From: Cycas panzhihuaensis
Lineage: Eukaryota > Plantae > Cycadophyta
Assembly (NCBI GenBank): GCA_023213395.1
Contig: CM041465.1
Span: 170,321,741 to 170,385,740, forward strand
Direction of reading: 5' to 3'
DNA: 64,000 nucleotides
The stretch's first letter is position 1, and each line of letters opens with the position of its first letter. Positions 1 to 13,949 of the stretch are shown in pieces. The notes under the pieces are model-generated. The model was not told where the DNA came from, did no database searches, and saw only the letters and a list, made by a program, of their open reading frames with translations. The position numbers and the translations under genes are program-made.

Positions 1-230
1 TTATCTATAATAGGCTTAGTTAAGCTATAGAAGTCTACTAAAACTAGAGTAACACTGACAATGCTACCTTAAATGAAATATATATACACACATTAGATGT
101 GGAGAAATCTACTCAGGAGAAAATAATGAGTGGGTTATGTAAACCAAAAGGATGCAGGTTATAAAAGAAAGATCTAGCTCACCAGATCTCACCACCATAT
201 AGACCTTTAAGGCCTATATGCAGGCCTGAA

Positions 231-624
231 TGCTCTAATACCGGATGAAAGAAATAAAATCATGGAGAATAGGGTAGAACATAAAAGAGAATCATAAATC
301 AATATATTATTATTGCACAAATATGAGAGCCATTGTATTTAATCTATTTTGTAAAGAGAGTATTACAAATGTCCATAATGAAGGTGATGTCTAAATACAC
401 CAAGGTTACACACCCCTCAAATTATATAGTTTGGGGTAGGAAGGAAACTCCTCAACCCCTAAAATTTAAATAATAATAAAATAATATAAACTTAACTCAA
501 ATTAACTAAACTTACTTTATACTTACTTACACATGTTGAGCACCCACATGTGTAAATTAATGAAGATGAGGTATGCACTCCTAGTTAGAAGGTGGGAGAG
601 GGGTGATGAGCATTAACCCCAACA
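231..624 (-). mobile_element. 5' LTR (246-624) plus PBS (231-243) of an LTR retrotransposon whose internal region runs off the left edge
   Basis: The reverse complement starts TGTTGGGGTTAATGCTCATCACC and ends TTTCA, followed by tccGGTATTAGAGCA (tRNA-iMet PBS variant). It is homologous to the LTRs at 60925 and 44823. Confidence 0.8.
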
Positions 625-3073
625 ATTACACTATGGATCACTATTTACAAATAAGTAAATGATCAATATACAAGATTATAAGCCAATGTAGAAGCTAACA
701 TCATTAGGTATACATGACTTAAAACTCAAATGTAGGATGTGTAATCAACCCAATAATCTCTAACTTGTGTCCAACATATAGTTGAGGTTGTTAAAGGGAT
801 ACCTAAGATTTTAGTAGAATTAAGTTAGAATTCACCCATGATACCTGCAATTATGTTTGGTAATAAAATTCAAGTCACAACAGAGCTTAAGTACACCTAA
901 TCCTCATCCAGTTCACCAATAAGAAGCTATATACCTCCTCTAAAGAGTGGTACATACATACCCGTGCCTATGATAGATATTGAACTGCATATATTTTAAT
1001 CTTATATTAAAGTTTTAGTTTTCCTGGTTAGTTATCAGGATGATCCCTGATTGAGGCATGATGGTATGGCTAACCAAACCTCACCAATATTTTGGTTCAG
1101 TTTAGTCCCAACTTGAAACTGACACCTCTTTTATGGCATGGCATTCTGTCAACAAAGGTATCTCAACTTTGGTAAGTATGTAAATAGGTATGAGATGGCA
1201 GAAAATAAAGTACAAGATGTATTCCTTTTAGAGAGAGTAAAAAGATTATCGAATTTGCATCAAACGTACATATAACTTAAAATAGAGTACTTTTGGAGTG
1301 TCTGTGGAGTGCTTGCTTGAAGTGATTTTAGAGTGTTGAAATGAAATGTTGATAAGCGAGTGAGGACACCAAATATTACTCTGATCCAAGTGGTTTTTTA
1401 TTCACTTTTATAATAGGCTTTTAAGCCTTACAAAAAGAAGGAAGAAAATTTCTTCACAATTTTTTTACAAAAAAACATATTTCCACTAAAACATCAATAC
1501 CTTTCTCCCATGGTAACAAAATTGAGTGTTAACTTTTGTGCTGTAAATTAGACTCAAAGCTACATCTTTAAGAGTTAGAATTAGGTCAAAATGAGTTTTG
1601 CAAAATTTTTGGTAGCCCCGCAAAGTGGATAAAATATATATTTCCAAAATCCTTACTAAAAATAACTATTGTTCACTAAAATAGTAATAGCTTTCTTATA
1701 TGACAACAAAATTAGGTGTTATTTATTGTGCTAGAAACTAAACTTAGAGGCATATCTTTTACAATTAGAATTAGGTCAATTGAAGCTCTATGGAATGTTT
1801 TACAAACATGTGAAGTTGAGTAAGTATATTTTTATTTCTACAGAAAATCTAACTTATAAATATCTCATCAACACATGATACCATATAAAATTTCCATCAA
1901 TTTTTTATCACTAGGATCTCAATATAGACAGGGTGAGAGCATACAATGATGAATATTATATATGGCTTCAAATTATTTAAAAAAAAGGGTAAACCTCCCC
2001 TTACAAATATTCTTTTAAATGTTAAAAAAAAATTGACAATATTTCCCCTTGTTAAACAGACAAAACAAAGAGAAAGAAAAGAAGAATAAGATATGCATAA
2101 ATAGATACCAAAAGATTGGAATCCTTAGTCCTATAATTTCTTATATTATGCTTCCAAACCTATAAAAGAGAAAGGGAAATCAAATAATATTAAATATGCT
2201 ATGATAAAAACTTAAAAATATTTTCAAATCCACTTTTACAATCTCCTTCACCACATGGATTTTGGAGGAGAAGGAAGTGATGGCTCCATTACAAGTACAA
2301 GTGAGGAATATGAAGGAAGTTTACTCTGATATTATATGAAAGTAGTGGATCTAGCCTTCATTTCTATGCACTAAACATAAAGGCAAAAATGTAGGAAGAG
2401 AGACTTGAGAGAAAGAGTAGCTCTCACAAAATAGGGAGGTGAGAATAAGCCTCCTCTATTGAGCTTTTACTTTTATATTGAGAGAGAAAGCATTAGAGTT
2501 AGGTGAAATGAAATTACACATAATGCATATGAAAGTGCATTTCACTTAAGTGATCTAATTTAAAGTTCACTTAAGACCCTTTTTAAGAATAATCAACTAA
2601 TGTAATGACCTTGTGACATTAACTTATTTCAATAGCTTCTCCCTTCTTGGTTAAATTTGGAGGTTTAAAATCCCTCCTTAATGACTCTAGTTTCACTTAT
2701 TTTTCAACCTTCTACTTAGCCAACCTATTTTATAATCTTGTCCATTAGTTCTCATAATATTTGGCTTTATAGATTACCTCCTCTAAAATGTTTTTCTCAT
2801 ACACCTTATTTTTGTTTCAAATACTCTCATTCAACTTGCTAATAAATCTATCGATTTTACCTTCTCCTCCTAAATATATAGTATGTATTGGAGTAATTCC
2901 CTAAGTTCTCTCTCACACTCTTCTATAGCCCTCCTTCCTTGCTTTAAATCATGAAAGACTTTTATCTTATTATCATAATATTGCTCAAAGAAATAACCTT
3001 TATTTGAAGTATTTAATGAATTTTCTTCATATTATTTCTCTTTCTGAAAGGTCCTTCATCCTCTTGTGATGCT

Positions 3074-5814
3074 TGTTGGAAATCAAATATGCAATAAGAT
3101 AATATTCGTAAATAGAAATAAACACCTCCAGGATCGAATAGTACCCTTAAGGTACCTCAAATTCTATTAACAAAACATCCTTACAACAAATATTCCATAT
3201 GATACACTATGTGTGTATTTATAATACATGATATGATAGTGAATGTGGGATCCACTTACATGTGGGATAAAACAAATATGTATTACTAATATTCCAACAC
3301 TTCCCCTTAATGCACATTTGGGTCATTTCTATTTGTAATGCCTTGTCTTTGGAAATGTCTTAAAGATAATGTCTTCAACTTGATCCTTGTCTTTAATCTT
3401 ATAGTGATTTCTTTGCTATAGAATGGTGTCTTCAACTTGATTTTCATCTTTAATTCTATATTGATACCTTTGTAGGATGATGTCCTTAGCTTGATTTCCA
3501 TCTTCCATCATGTAGTGATAACGTTGTTGTAGCAACTCTAGTAAGTATGAATCCCGATTCATCATTATGCCTGGTCTAGTATGATTTTGATGTAGATCCT
3601 ATAAGTTACCATCTTCAAATAAAACTTGATTGTCATCATTATCCTATATAAATTCTTGATCACTATGTACAACAGTGATTTCTTCAACCTTTGGAGCAAA
3701 ATCTTGATTAACTTGCATACTCTTTAAACCTGAATCATGGATCAACACAGGAGCATCATTTAGACTTGAATCAATACAAGACTCATCTTTTATAGAACCA
3801 TCATATTCATATTTAATTTCATTTGAAATAATAATGTCATCTAAATAAACCTTATTGATTCATCACTCTCAACGTCTACAATAGAAGTTGTAGTCTCATT
3901 AATGTATTCAGTCATATATTTGGTAGTAGTTTCATTAATATTTAAATATTCTTTATTTTGGCATACTATTTCATTAGTGTTGATAATATTTTCTTCATTT
4001 GTTATACCTGTATCATAACCATCACTAACCTTAATTACCTTTTCAATCATTTGTTATATCTCTTCAGGAGTTTGTTCAAATACATCCCTGAAAAAATCCC
4101 ATGCTTCCTTAGTAGTACTTGTATGTTGAATCTTAAGAATGATAAAATGGTATGTGGAAGGAAGTTCAACCTTGTTTAATATAGTAAGAATCATGATGAA
4201 TGCCTTTCTGTCTTTCTTCTCAAGCATTTCCTTTTCTTCTTCATCCTTCGGAATATCATATCCACTAGTAACAAGCTTCCACAAACCTCTAGCTATGAAA
4301 AAAACATCTCATTTTAATTGTCCAAAAGAAGTAGTCTTCTTCATTACACTTAGGTGTCAGAAGAAATAAATCCTTTAAGTAATATTCATTTATTTCATGA
4401 ATATATATAACCACATCATTTTTCTCCATGATTATAAATGTACCTCCAAATAATGTCCCTTTTTCAATCAACAAATTCACTCATTAATCAATCTCAATAA
4501 ACTTTCTCATATCTCATGTCCCTCACATCATTGAATTCATTGTCACATCATCACCTTGCCCATTTCTTATAAACAGTCACATAAAATCTAAAACACTCAC
4601 TTCACCAAATCAATGCCTTATAAATCTCATAATGATCATACATGCTACATGTCATTATTAAATTGCTAAGACACACACTTCACTTAATTGCCCAAAATAT
4701 AACTCATGCCACTACACCTGCAAGTCAGGTAACTTCAATAAAAACTCATCCTTCTTTGCCCATTTAGTCAATTAAAATACATCATCAAACATGCCTAATC
4801 TCATCCTTAAACACACACAACAAATACCCAATATTGTCATGTAACCTCACATGCAACAAGCATCTCATATCACTATCTTTCTTACCCTCAAATTAGCCTT
4901 ATCATGCCTATAAAGTCCCTTCATGTAAATCACATTCCAATGAGCACTAAATCACCATATGTTACCCAACTCATTCATGCAGACACATGCACTATCGCTT
5001 CATCACCATACTATGTCATCATCACAATAGTTCTCTCATACGAATATATGTAAGAAGGCACTTAATTTGACATTAAATAATCACCATCATGCATCTCAAA
5101 TCACTAATAGAGCGCCAAATACATTCACATCAACATGACTTAATTTTGTCTCAAAAAGTACTCTCCCATGTACAACACACACAAGAGAGCCTTAAATAAT
5201 CACCTCATATTGCACCATCACCCAACTTATTTTCTCATGTAAATTGCATACAAGAAAGCCTATAATCACCTCATCTCACCCATTAATCATGTTATTTCTT
5301 TCCTATAAACTTTCTCATGTAAATACATATAAGAGAGCACTATATCCATGCCTTAAATATTATCAACAAATCACCATCATACAACAAACTCATGCTTACT
5401 TCATTATCAAAATAAGACCCTTTTAATAAATGAAAAATGCATCATCAATATCCATAATTATCACCTCATTCATACCATCATCCAAAAGTATCATCCTTTT
5501 CCAATACTATATATGTATAATAGATATATTAGGCCCCAAGAGTAATGGTTTTGTGGCTAAGAAAAATATAATATGAAACCCTTAAATTCCTAAAAAACTT
5601 ATTTATGAAAAAAATATAGCTTAAAAATATATAAATATGGGTGTAAATGATGACCTTTAAAATATGATTCCAACAGTTTAGACAAAATTAAATTCTGATA
5701 TCATATATTCCAACGGTTCAGACAAAATTAGATCTTGTATTATAAATATGATAATGAGTGTGGGATCTACTTGCATGTGGGACAAAATAAATGTTCATTA
5801 CTAATATTCCAACA
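3074..5814 (-). mobile_element. Non-autonomous gag-only Ty1/copia derivative (TR-GAG-like), 2.7 kb
   Basis: TSD ATGCT at 3069-3073 and 5815-5819. 3' LTR 3074-3299 (TGTTGGAA...TTCCAACA) with PPT at 3300-3309. Only ~80 bp of the 5' LTR (5735-5814) is recognisable. No pol motifs inside. Confidence 0.8.
4054..4480 (-). pseudogene. gag: Frameshifted copia gag N-terminus (DUF4219/UBN2-type)
   Basis: EEDYFFWTIKMRCFF / LWKLVTSGY...KKDRKAFIMI...TTKEAWDFF matches the copia gag pattern Y..W..KM...LW..V..GY...AWD. Confidence 0.75.
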
Positions 5815-6539
5815 ATGCTCCCACCATAAAGATTCTTTCTCTATTAAGTTATATACAATTATTTATACCTTCTCCTTTGAGTTGAAGTCATTTAACCCAA
5901 AGTACTCCACAATATTGAGAAGATAAGAATCTACTTCTTCATCCTTAACTTCTCCACTAAAGGTAGGTAGCTTTACCTTCCTCATTTCATGCTAGAGTGT
6001 GCTCATTCTACCTTCTCATTCTCTTCATCTCAGTCTTAGAGTTACATTAGAAGATGTAGTATTGAAAGAATAATACTCTTTATTACAGTCATGAGTTTTT
6101 CTTTTTCCATTTCTTATGCTTGAATTCCAATGAGTTAATAGTTCTTGTGATCTACTCTTCCTTCCATTATTCCTATTGAATCCTCTAGATTATTTCTTTC
6201 TTAAGGGTTTGTTGGATATTGTGGATTATTACTTTTATGGTTTATTAGGATTCTCCCATTGTCCTCCTTGTAAATTCTTGATTGATCTTGCAAGTTACAA
6301 ATAATTTCCACCAAGGCTAAGAAAACATCAATATTTGGGTGTCCCTTTGCTTTAGAATTTCTTTTGTTCCCATTTCTCTAGAGTTTAGACCTCCTCAGTC
6401 CTCTCAAGGTATTTTTATACCATTCCTCATTCTATCAATTCTTGCTCAAATGAATGGTTTGTAATTTCTATGTATGCACTTCAATTTAGCAACCTATAAA
6501 AGTTGTTTTATAAAACCTTACAACCACTTGTCACTATTC

Positions 6540-6800
6540 CAACTTATGGAATCCTAGTAGAAATTTATCAAAGTTGCAACTTATAAGCCCTTAACAATAA
6601 TAATTTAACATTGCAACTTATGAAACTTTAGGAACAAGTTATTAATATTATAATTTATGAAATTTTAGTAGCAACCTCTCAATATTGTAGCTTTTGAAAT
6701 CCTAGTAGCAGTCTACCAATATTGTAACTTGTGAAAGCTTAGCAGTAATATGTCAATGTTGCAACATATGTTATCCTAGCTATAATTATCAATGTTAAAA
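6540..6800. repeat. Degenerate ~37-bp tandem array (~7 copies) in the gypsy 5' UTR
   Basis: Recurring (TTG)CAACTTATGAAA/GGAATCCTAG at ~37-bp spacing (6540, 6577, 6614, 6651, 6688, 6725, 6762). Confidence 0.7.
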
Positions 6801-8757
6801 CCTTGAAGTTAATCTCTTACAATCTCTTGGTAAGTTTCCAAACATGCTACTCTATTATTTTGAAACTTCAACTACACTTTGAAAAGTCTTTGTAAGCTCT
6901 CAACTTGTTGCTTTGAAAAGTTCTTATAGGCTTTCAAACTTGCAACTTTAAACCAAACATGAAACAAGACTGTAATAAGCTCTTTGCATGCTTTTAATCT
7001 GAAAATTCCTTGTTAATTTCTCCGTTGGTATATAGGCTTTAAATCTAGCTTTTCTACTGGGTTTTGTAAACTTTCAAAGCCAACTACTCTGATACTAATT
7101 TGTCATGACCCTTCTCAAGCATAAGGTGCTTGTGATATCACCTAGATGGAATTCACTTGAGTTACATAATAAGGACAGAACCAAATTATCTAAGAACTTG
7201 AATATATAAAAATTTATTTAAAATATTATATATATTACAAAAATATTTACCTAAGGGGTGTGGAAAATCTAAATGAACATAGGTGATCATGCATTAATAA
7301 GTAGGTCTAATTTGTCGATAACAATTCATGCAAGATAGATAAGATACCCAAGCATTATATCCCTCAATGAGGTAATGTACATATGATACGTGCATAAGAG
7401 AAAAATCAAATAGGTTGCTTAAATGGATTTACAACCCAACCAATAGCAATCTTGAAAAGGAAAACTTGTTAAAATATAGCAAAATAGCTATGATACCATT
7501 TTGAAATATAGTACAACAACTCTTATACCATGTTGAAATATGACACTAATGGACATATGAATATGTAATAAAATATATTTACATGAGGTGATAAAAGATA
7601 TAAACAATAAACAAATGAAGAATGAAGTATGTATAAACACATAAGATAATAATTCTTGTGGGAAATAATCATCTCTAATTATTGCATTAGGTATGAGCAT
7701 ATACTTTTATAGTACATAGGCACTTTATAGTTGTCTAATCACATAAAGGAATTGCCATAACCACCACTAAGGTGATACATGGATATGTGTGCATATATAC
7801 ACATCTTAATGACTCTAATTTAATATTACATAAAAGAGTTAGGGGCACACCTTGATATTAACACTAACCTAATATTAAACATTACTTCTAACACCCCCTC
7901 ATAATGTTTAATGTCACGTCAAGACACACTAACCCTTTGTTGTACAATTCCACTAAGCTAATCATCATAATTGCCTCCTCCTTCAAGTATGCTAGATCAA
8001 ATGAAAAACATCTCTAACTTGTACAAGTTATATCTTCAAGCTACTTAACATTGCCAGTTATTAATGACATTTGTATAAATAAAGCTCCATCTACCTAACT
8101 GTAGGTGTAATTGATCATTACAACTATAAATTCTATAGAAACCTCCTTCAGATATATGGATTTACTAGCATCTATCAACACCATTCTAGGAATAGGCCAA
8201 ACTATTCGTTCAACCAAATGAGTTGAATACCAAACAAAGTAGCTTTACTTCCTAAAGCCTCCCCTTTAGGTTCATCAGTAAGTAATATTACTTAAAGTCT
8301 CCAACACTAGTTTCTTTAAGATTTTTAATATAATTCCCTAGTCCTTCCAAGCCTTTTACTATTATTACCTAGTCTCTCCAAGCCTTTCAGTATCAACATT
8401 TGGTGTCTTAAACTCTAATCTCTCTAAGGTTTTCAATGATCCTTAAAGCCTTCATAAATGGTCTCTTCAAAATGCCACACACTTTCTAGCCTCCTCAAAA
8501 TAATCACACAGTCACCATATGGCTTACAAGTACTAGCAACTGACAAATAAATACAAGATATGAGTTATGAAATTCATTTAATAACTCTCTCATTAAAAAA
8601 ATTTCCATTTTAACTTAATGGTTCTCCATGATGAGGACTTTAAAATATGCTAAGTGACTAATCAATGTGTTTGTCTCCAAGTCTTCTTTCCAATGCAATT
8701 AATGACACTTAATTCTGACTCTAAATGATGAAGTTATACCTCAAAAATGATAATATG

Positions 8758-9935
8758 TGATCTGAATCTTGAATGGGAAAGTGAAAACTTTAACCAATTG
8801 AAACAAAATCCAGAACAATATACATATTATTACATATAATTTAAAATTTCTAGAATTTTCTTACAAAAACCCCCTTGTTTGTGCTCTGTTGAGCATACAA
8901 TGATGGGCTAACTGACATTTTGGGAGAGAGAGAATGAGAGCTGGCGCTTCTTGAGTGCGCTCATTTCTTTGGAACACTGTGTCTCGAAGTCTGCCGCTTT
9001 TGGTTTTCTGTACCAAAAACCCCGTTTTGGGTGAGGAAGACTGGCTAGCGTCTCTTCTGGGACTGCTGCACTTTACTGTCTTCTCTTCTGGACTGAGGCT
9101 GCGATTTTCTGGGCTCCTTCCAGATCCCCGCAACTAGTTTCTTCTGCTGTGTTTTCCGTCTTTTATCTCTCAACGCAGATTTTACTCTTGGAGCCGTTCT
9201 CTTTCCAGAAAATGATTTTTCTTGGAGATTTCTTGAATCTTGCTTCGTGCTGCATCTAGGGCTGCGGTGTCCTCTCTTTCGTGTCAAGAATCTCTGTCTT
9301 GATCCCCCAGATTCCTCTGTCAAATTTCGCTTAAAAGCGTTTCCATTTGAGAGAGTTATTCCCATTTTTCTGTTTTCTCCGTTTTCTAACGGTTTTCAAA
9401 ACGATTTAGAAACTCTTAGGAAAATCCATTTATTTTGGAGTTTTCCCTCTTTGAATGAGTAGAGGACACGTGTGTGCACCTTCTCCTCAAATTTCGTGCC
9501 AAACGGTTACCGTTTGAGCCGCCAAAACCATTCCCATTTTTATTATTTTCTATTTTTTGACTTGCGATGGCGGTAGTAGCACTCGATGTGACCACAGCAG
9601 TAGTAGCGACTCTGTGAGACTATGTGACTCTGTGCAGACTCAGTAGTGACCAGCTTTGTAGCAACCGTAACACTTGCATAACACCTTGGTAGCGCCTTGG
9701 TAGCAATTATAGCACCTTGGTAGTAGTTGTAGCACTTTAATAGCAGCTCGGTAGTAGTTATAGCACCTTTTTACACTTGTAGAAATACAATGTTTTTACA
9801 TTTTTAAACCTTTTAAAGGCATATTTCTACTAAATGGAGACTATTAAGCCTTTTTAAGGCAATTTCCTACTACATAAAGACCATTTACATGAAAAATAAA
9901 GTATTTGGAGCATTTTAAAGATCTGAAACGGATCA
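8758..9935 (-). repeat. 3' LTR of the gypsy element (1178 bp)
   Basis: Direct repeat of 13950-15165, adjacent to the PPT. Confidence 0.95.
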
Positions 9936-9973
9936 GAACTCCCCTTTTTTAGGAGTTCATGGCCTCATGAACT

Positions 9974-12900
9974 TTATAGTTGTAGATGAGGGAATTTGAT
10001 TTTCCCTGTCTCCTTATTGTACCATTTTGCTTTACTAGGTACTTGTCCTTTCTCTGCAATTCTGAAGGACTCAATTATGCCTCTTCGAGTCTCGGTCTGC
10101 TTCCTTTAAAGAATGCAATCATTTTGCATTGGTTCCTCTTTCTCTATCCACAACTCCTCTGGGTTTGGTAAGAGTGGAACTCTGTCTTCATCTTCATCCA
10201 ACATGGATGGCTCGAACATCTTCAGATTCTCGATATTCACTACGGAATACATCTTCATGAATTCTAGAAGTTCAAGCTGGAAAGCATTTTCCCCTATTTT
10301 CTTCAAAATTGTAAAAGGACCATAACGTAAAGGCTTTAGCTTTTTGCCTTCACCTTGCAATCTTTTCTTACTGAGGTGCAACCAAACTCTATCTCCTTCC
10401 TTAAAGGAATGGCTAGTTCTATGTGCATCATGCCACTGCTTGTATCTCTGTTGAGACTTTTGAAGCTGCTCTTCAACCTGTTGATGGATTTTCCTGATTC
10501 TTTCCAAGAATCTTTGTGCCTTTTCATCTCCTTCTTCCTCCTTTCCATTTCCTGCAGAAAGTTGAGCAGAAAATTCTAAATCGAAAGGACTTGCAAGCAG
10601 AAATCCCAAACATACCTCAAATGGTGATTTCTGGGTTGAGCTATGAATAGCTCTGTTGAATGCAAATTGTAAGTATGGGAGACTTTCATCCCAAGTCTTA
10701 GGATGCTTGGCATTGTATCCTCGTAACAGCTGTACCAATGTCCTATTGACAACTTCAGTCTGGCCGTCTGTTTGAGGATGAAAAGCTGTACTCATCTTTA
10801 GCTTCGTATCCATCATTCCCCAAAGTGTTTGTCAAAAATGACTCAAAAATCTGCTGTCTCGATCAGAAATGATTGAGTTGGGAAGTCCAAAATACTTCCA
10901 AACATGTTGGAAAAATAATCTAGCTATGTCTTCTCACGTATGTGTTTTCTTCTGGGGAATCAACATCACCATTTCTTGAATCGATCAACAACAACAAACA
11001 AATAGTCCATACCATTTTTGGTTTGTGGTAGTCCTCCCAAGAAATCCATGGAGATACTTTCCCACGGTCGTGATGGAACAGGAAGTGGAATGTACAATCC
11101 AAACTTCCTATTGGCCAGCTTTGATGTACTACATAATGTACACCCTCGTACTGCTGTAGTCACATCTTGCTGCATGTTTGGTCAATACATATATCGTTGT
11201 AAGTTTAGCAACGTCTTTCCCACTCCAAAGTGTCCAGCAACTCGAGAAGTGTGAGCTTCTCTTATCCACTTCATTCGGTCTGCATGCTTTGGAATGCAAA
11301 GCTTGTCTTGCTTGCAAAGAAGTCCATCTTTCATTTGAAATCTGCAACTACTTTTCCTTCTTTGTGGTCGCTCAAAGATAGGCTTGAATGCCTTATCTTT
11401 CAAATACAAATCAACATATTCATCATGGCAGAAAGGTTGAAATTACATAGCTACCAACAAACTGGAATTACCTTCTTTGTTGAGGAGGTCTGGGCAAAGA
11501 AGTCTGCAATCTTATTCGTCGTTCCTTTCTTGTATTTTACCACGATGTGAAAGCTAGCGTAAATAGGACATCCACTTCATGTGCACGGCTCTTTGCAATT
11601 TAGACTGAGTCTGCAAGAATTGCAAAGGCTTGTGGTCGGTGTGGATGACCACTTCTTTTCCCAACAAATAGGGTCTCCAATGCTTCACTGCTTGGTGCAA
11701 TGCATAGGACTCTTTATCGTAAGTTGGGTAATTCATGACAGCTCCATTGAATGTCTCTGAATGGTATGCTATCAGTTTTCCTTCTTGCTTCAATACTGCT
11801 CCCATGGCATAGCCTGAAGCATCAGTCTCCAATTTAAAAGGCTTCTGTAGTGAAGGTAAAGCTAACACTGGTGCCTCACAGATTTTCTGCTTCAAAAGCT
11901 TGAAAGCTTTTTCTTGTTCCAAGAGTTCTTGAATCTGCTTCTTAATCTCTTCATTCTCCAAAACTGAGTTTCGGTAGAGACTAAGATTCGGCAAAGGTGA
12001 ATCAGCAACCATCTGGATTTCATGTTCAATTGCCCTTTTAGGGGGCAGCCCTTTCGGCTCTTAGAATACATCACTGTACTTATTCTTTAGACCTTCAATC
12101 TGCTGCACTTGCTTCCTATCCAGTGCCTGTATTGAGGACTCTGCTTGCTCGTTTTCTTCCACCTTTGGCTTTATCATCAGCAGCACAAACTTCCTACAAG
12201 CATTAATTAATCTTTTCGCTTGTTGGGAAGATATGAGAGAAATTTTCTTCTGTGGTTTTGATGCATTGATCAGATATGATCTCCCGTCCTTGATGAGTCG
12301 AATCTTTCTCAGCCTCCTGTGGTGAACTCCATCTCTATCATAGAGATATGGGCTGCCAAACACGACTTGACAAACATCCAAAGGGACTACTTCACATTCA
12401 ACTTCATCAATGAACTTTTCAGAAATTGCAAATTTAAACTTATATTGGTGAGTAACCTGCAACTCTGAATCTTTTTGCAACTATCCAAGAGGATATGGTT
12501 TTGGATGTGCATGCATCTTTAATCCCAGTTTCTTTACCAATGCTTCTGAGATTAAATTCTTTTGGCTTCCTCCATCAAAGATGGCATCAACCATGCTTTG
12601 CTTCACTTGGATTCTTACCATGAAGAGCTCCTCTCTAATCTCTGGATCAACTTGCTGAGGGTTGTCTCCAGGCTCCGCATTAGCCATGAGCATCAGCTTC
12701 TCATCGGCTTCTTCAATGCTGCCAACATTTTCATCACCTACAGAGTTGAGTAAAGTTTTACCTTCAGTCTTAACTTTACCTTTCCCCTTGTTCTTGGGCC
12801 TTTTCTCTGGGTGTAGGAACCAATAGTCTTCTACGCTGTGACCCGCTCGCTTGCAATGAGTACAAGTGATTTTGATTTGGGTGGTATTAGCTTGTTTCAT

Positions 12901-13834
12901 CTTGCCAAAACCTCTAATGGATTGTTGTCCAACTTTACCTGGAAACTTCATTCCTCGGGCAGGTTTGTTGCTACCTTCTGGAGGTGCAAACCTTTTCCTT
13001 TCGGCATAAACCTTCTTATTCCTCTTTTCTATGGCAATTGCCTTCTTGTTGGCTTTGTCGAGCGATTTGACTTCAAATAGTTGAAGTTCTTCTTTGAATA
13101 TCTTTGGTGCGATCCTCTAATATATTTCAAGATCATGTCTTTACCCGATAAAGAGATGCCCAACACAACGACTTGCTTATACGAAATTACATTGTGTAAT
13201 CTTGGACATTTTGGCCTCTTTCACATCGGTAATATTGCCATCTAATCCTCTGTTGCTCTTCATATCCAATAGGATAGAATTGCTTCTTTATGAGGATTTT
13301 AAACTGTTGCCAAGTGATTTCATTTACATTATGGGATTTAATGTATGCATTCCACCAAACTAATGCATGTTTAAATAATTTTAACTTAGCAAAAGTTATT
13401 TTCTGCTGGTTTTTATACCCATAAATGGAGAAATAAGTCTCTAGTTGGTCTAGCCAATTATCCAATTTTTCAGCATCCAACATTCCATCATAGATGGACA
13501 ATTCAAGTTTTGCCTCTACCTTGAATGGATATGTGAATACTGCTAGATTTTCATCTTCTTCATCATTTTCTTGTCGGTTTTCTACCAACTCTTCATTCAT
13601 CTCCTCTTTCATCGGTTCTTCTTCTTCCTTCTTTACGCCTTTGGCTGTTGGAGAAGAAGTTGCAACTAGCTGTGCCACAAGCTGGGTTAGCCTGTCGAGG
13701 TTCTGCTCCATTTTTACGAATCTTTCCTCCATCTTCTGCTCCAGATCAGCCATCTTCCTTCGCTGTTTTCTTTCTCTCTCTAGAGGCTCAGTTAGAGGTT
13801 CACCCGTTAACAGATATTGGTATCTAGTTTTCAT
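9974..13834 (-). pseudogene. gag-pol: Disrupted gag-pol: gag, zinc knuckle, aspartic protease, [RT deleted], RNase H, integrase, divergent chromodomain-like tail
   Basis: Gag WLDQLETYF...ALVWWN; knuckle CTHCKRAGHSVED; protease AIFDGGSQKNLIS; RNase H LETDASGYAMG..YDKE..TDHKPL; integrase HTSRVAGHFG, PWESISMDF, FHPQTDGQTEVVNR, YGPF; tail IL*RKQTETRRG...KAKWY...KFPHL. Several stops and frameshifts. Confidence 0.93.
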
Positions 13835-13949
13835 AAAACTACCAACAATGAAAGCAAGAAGTTTTTTTTTCCTTTTCTTTTCTTTCTTTTTCTTTAAAAT
13901 CCCTAAATTCCCAAGGGTTTCAAGAAACTAGCTTTGATACCAAAAATAT

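Larger units (their letters stand above)
2700..7466 (-). mobile_element. Degraded Ty3/gypsy element (partial 5' LTR from 7101, PBS 7087-7097, gag remnant), interrupted by later insertions
   Basis: rc ...GGGTCATGACA aat TAGTATCAGAG marks the LTR/PBS junction. Gag-like translation EMRKVKLPTFSGEVKDEEVDSYLLNI...ESLWW (~5820-5990) resumes left of 3073 as ...QYYDNKIKVFHDLKQG. Outer boundaries are approximate. Confidence 0.55.

Noticed and set aside
8861-9462. ORFs of 60-114 aa within the gypsy LTRs (also 14042-14925)
   Set aside because: They lie in LTR sequence, their frames are not conserved between the two LTRs, and they have no recognisable domain.
13494-13931. 145-aa antisense ORF over gag
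   Set aside because: Ser/Phe-rich shadow of the Glu/Lys-rich gag strand.
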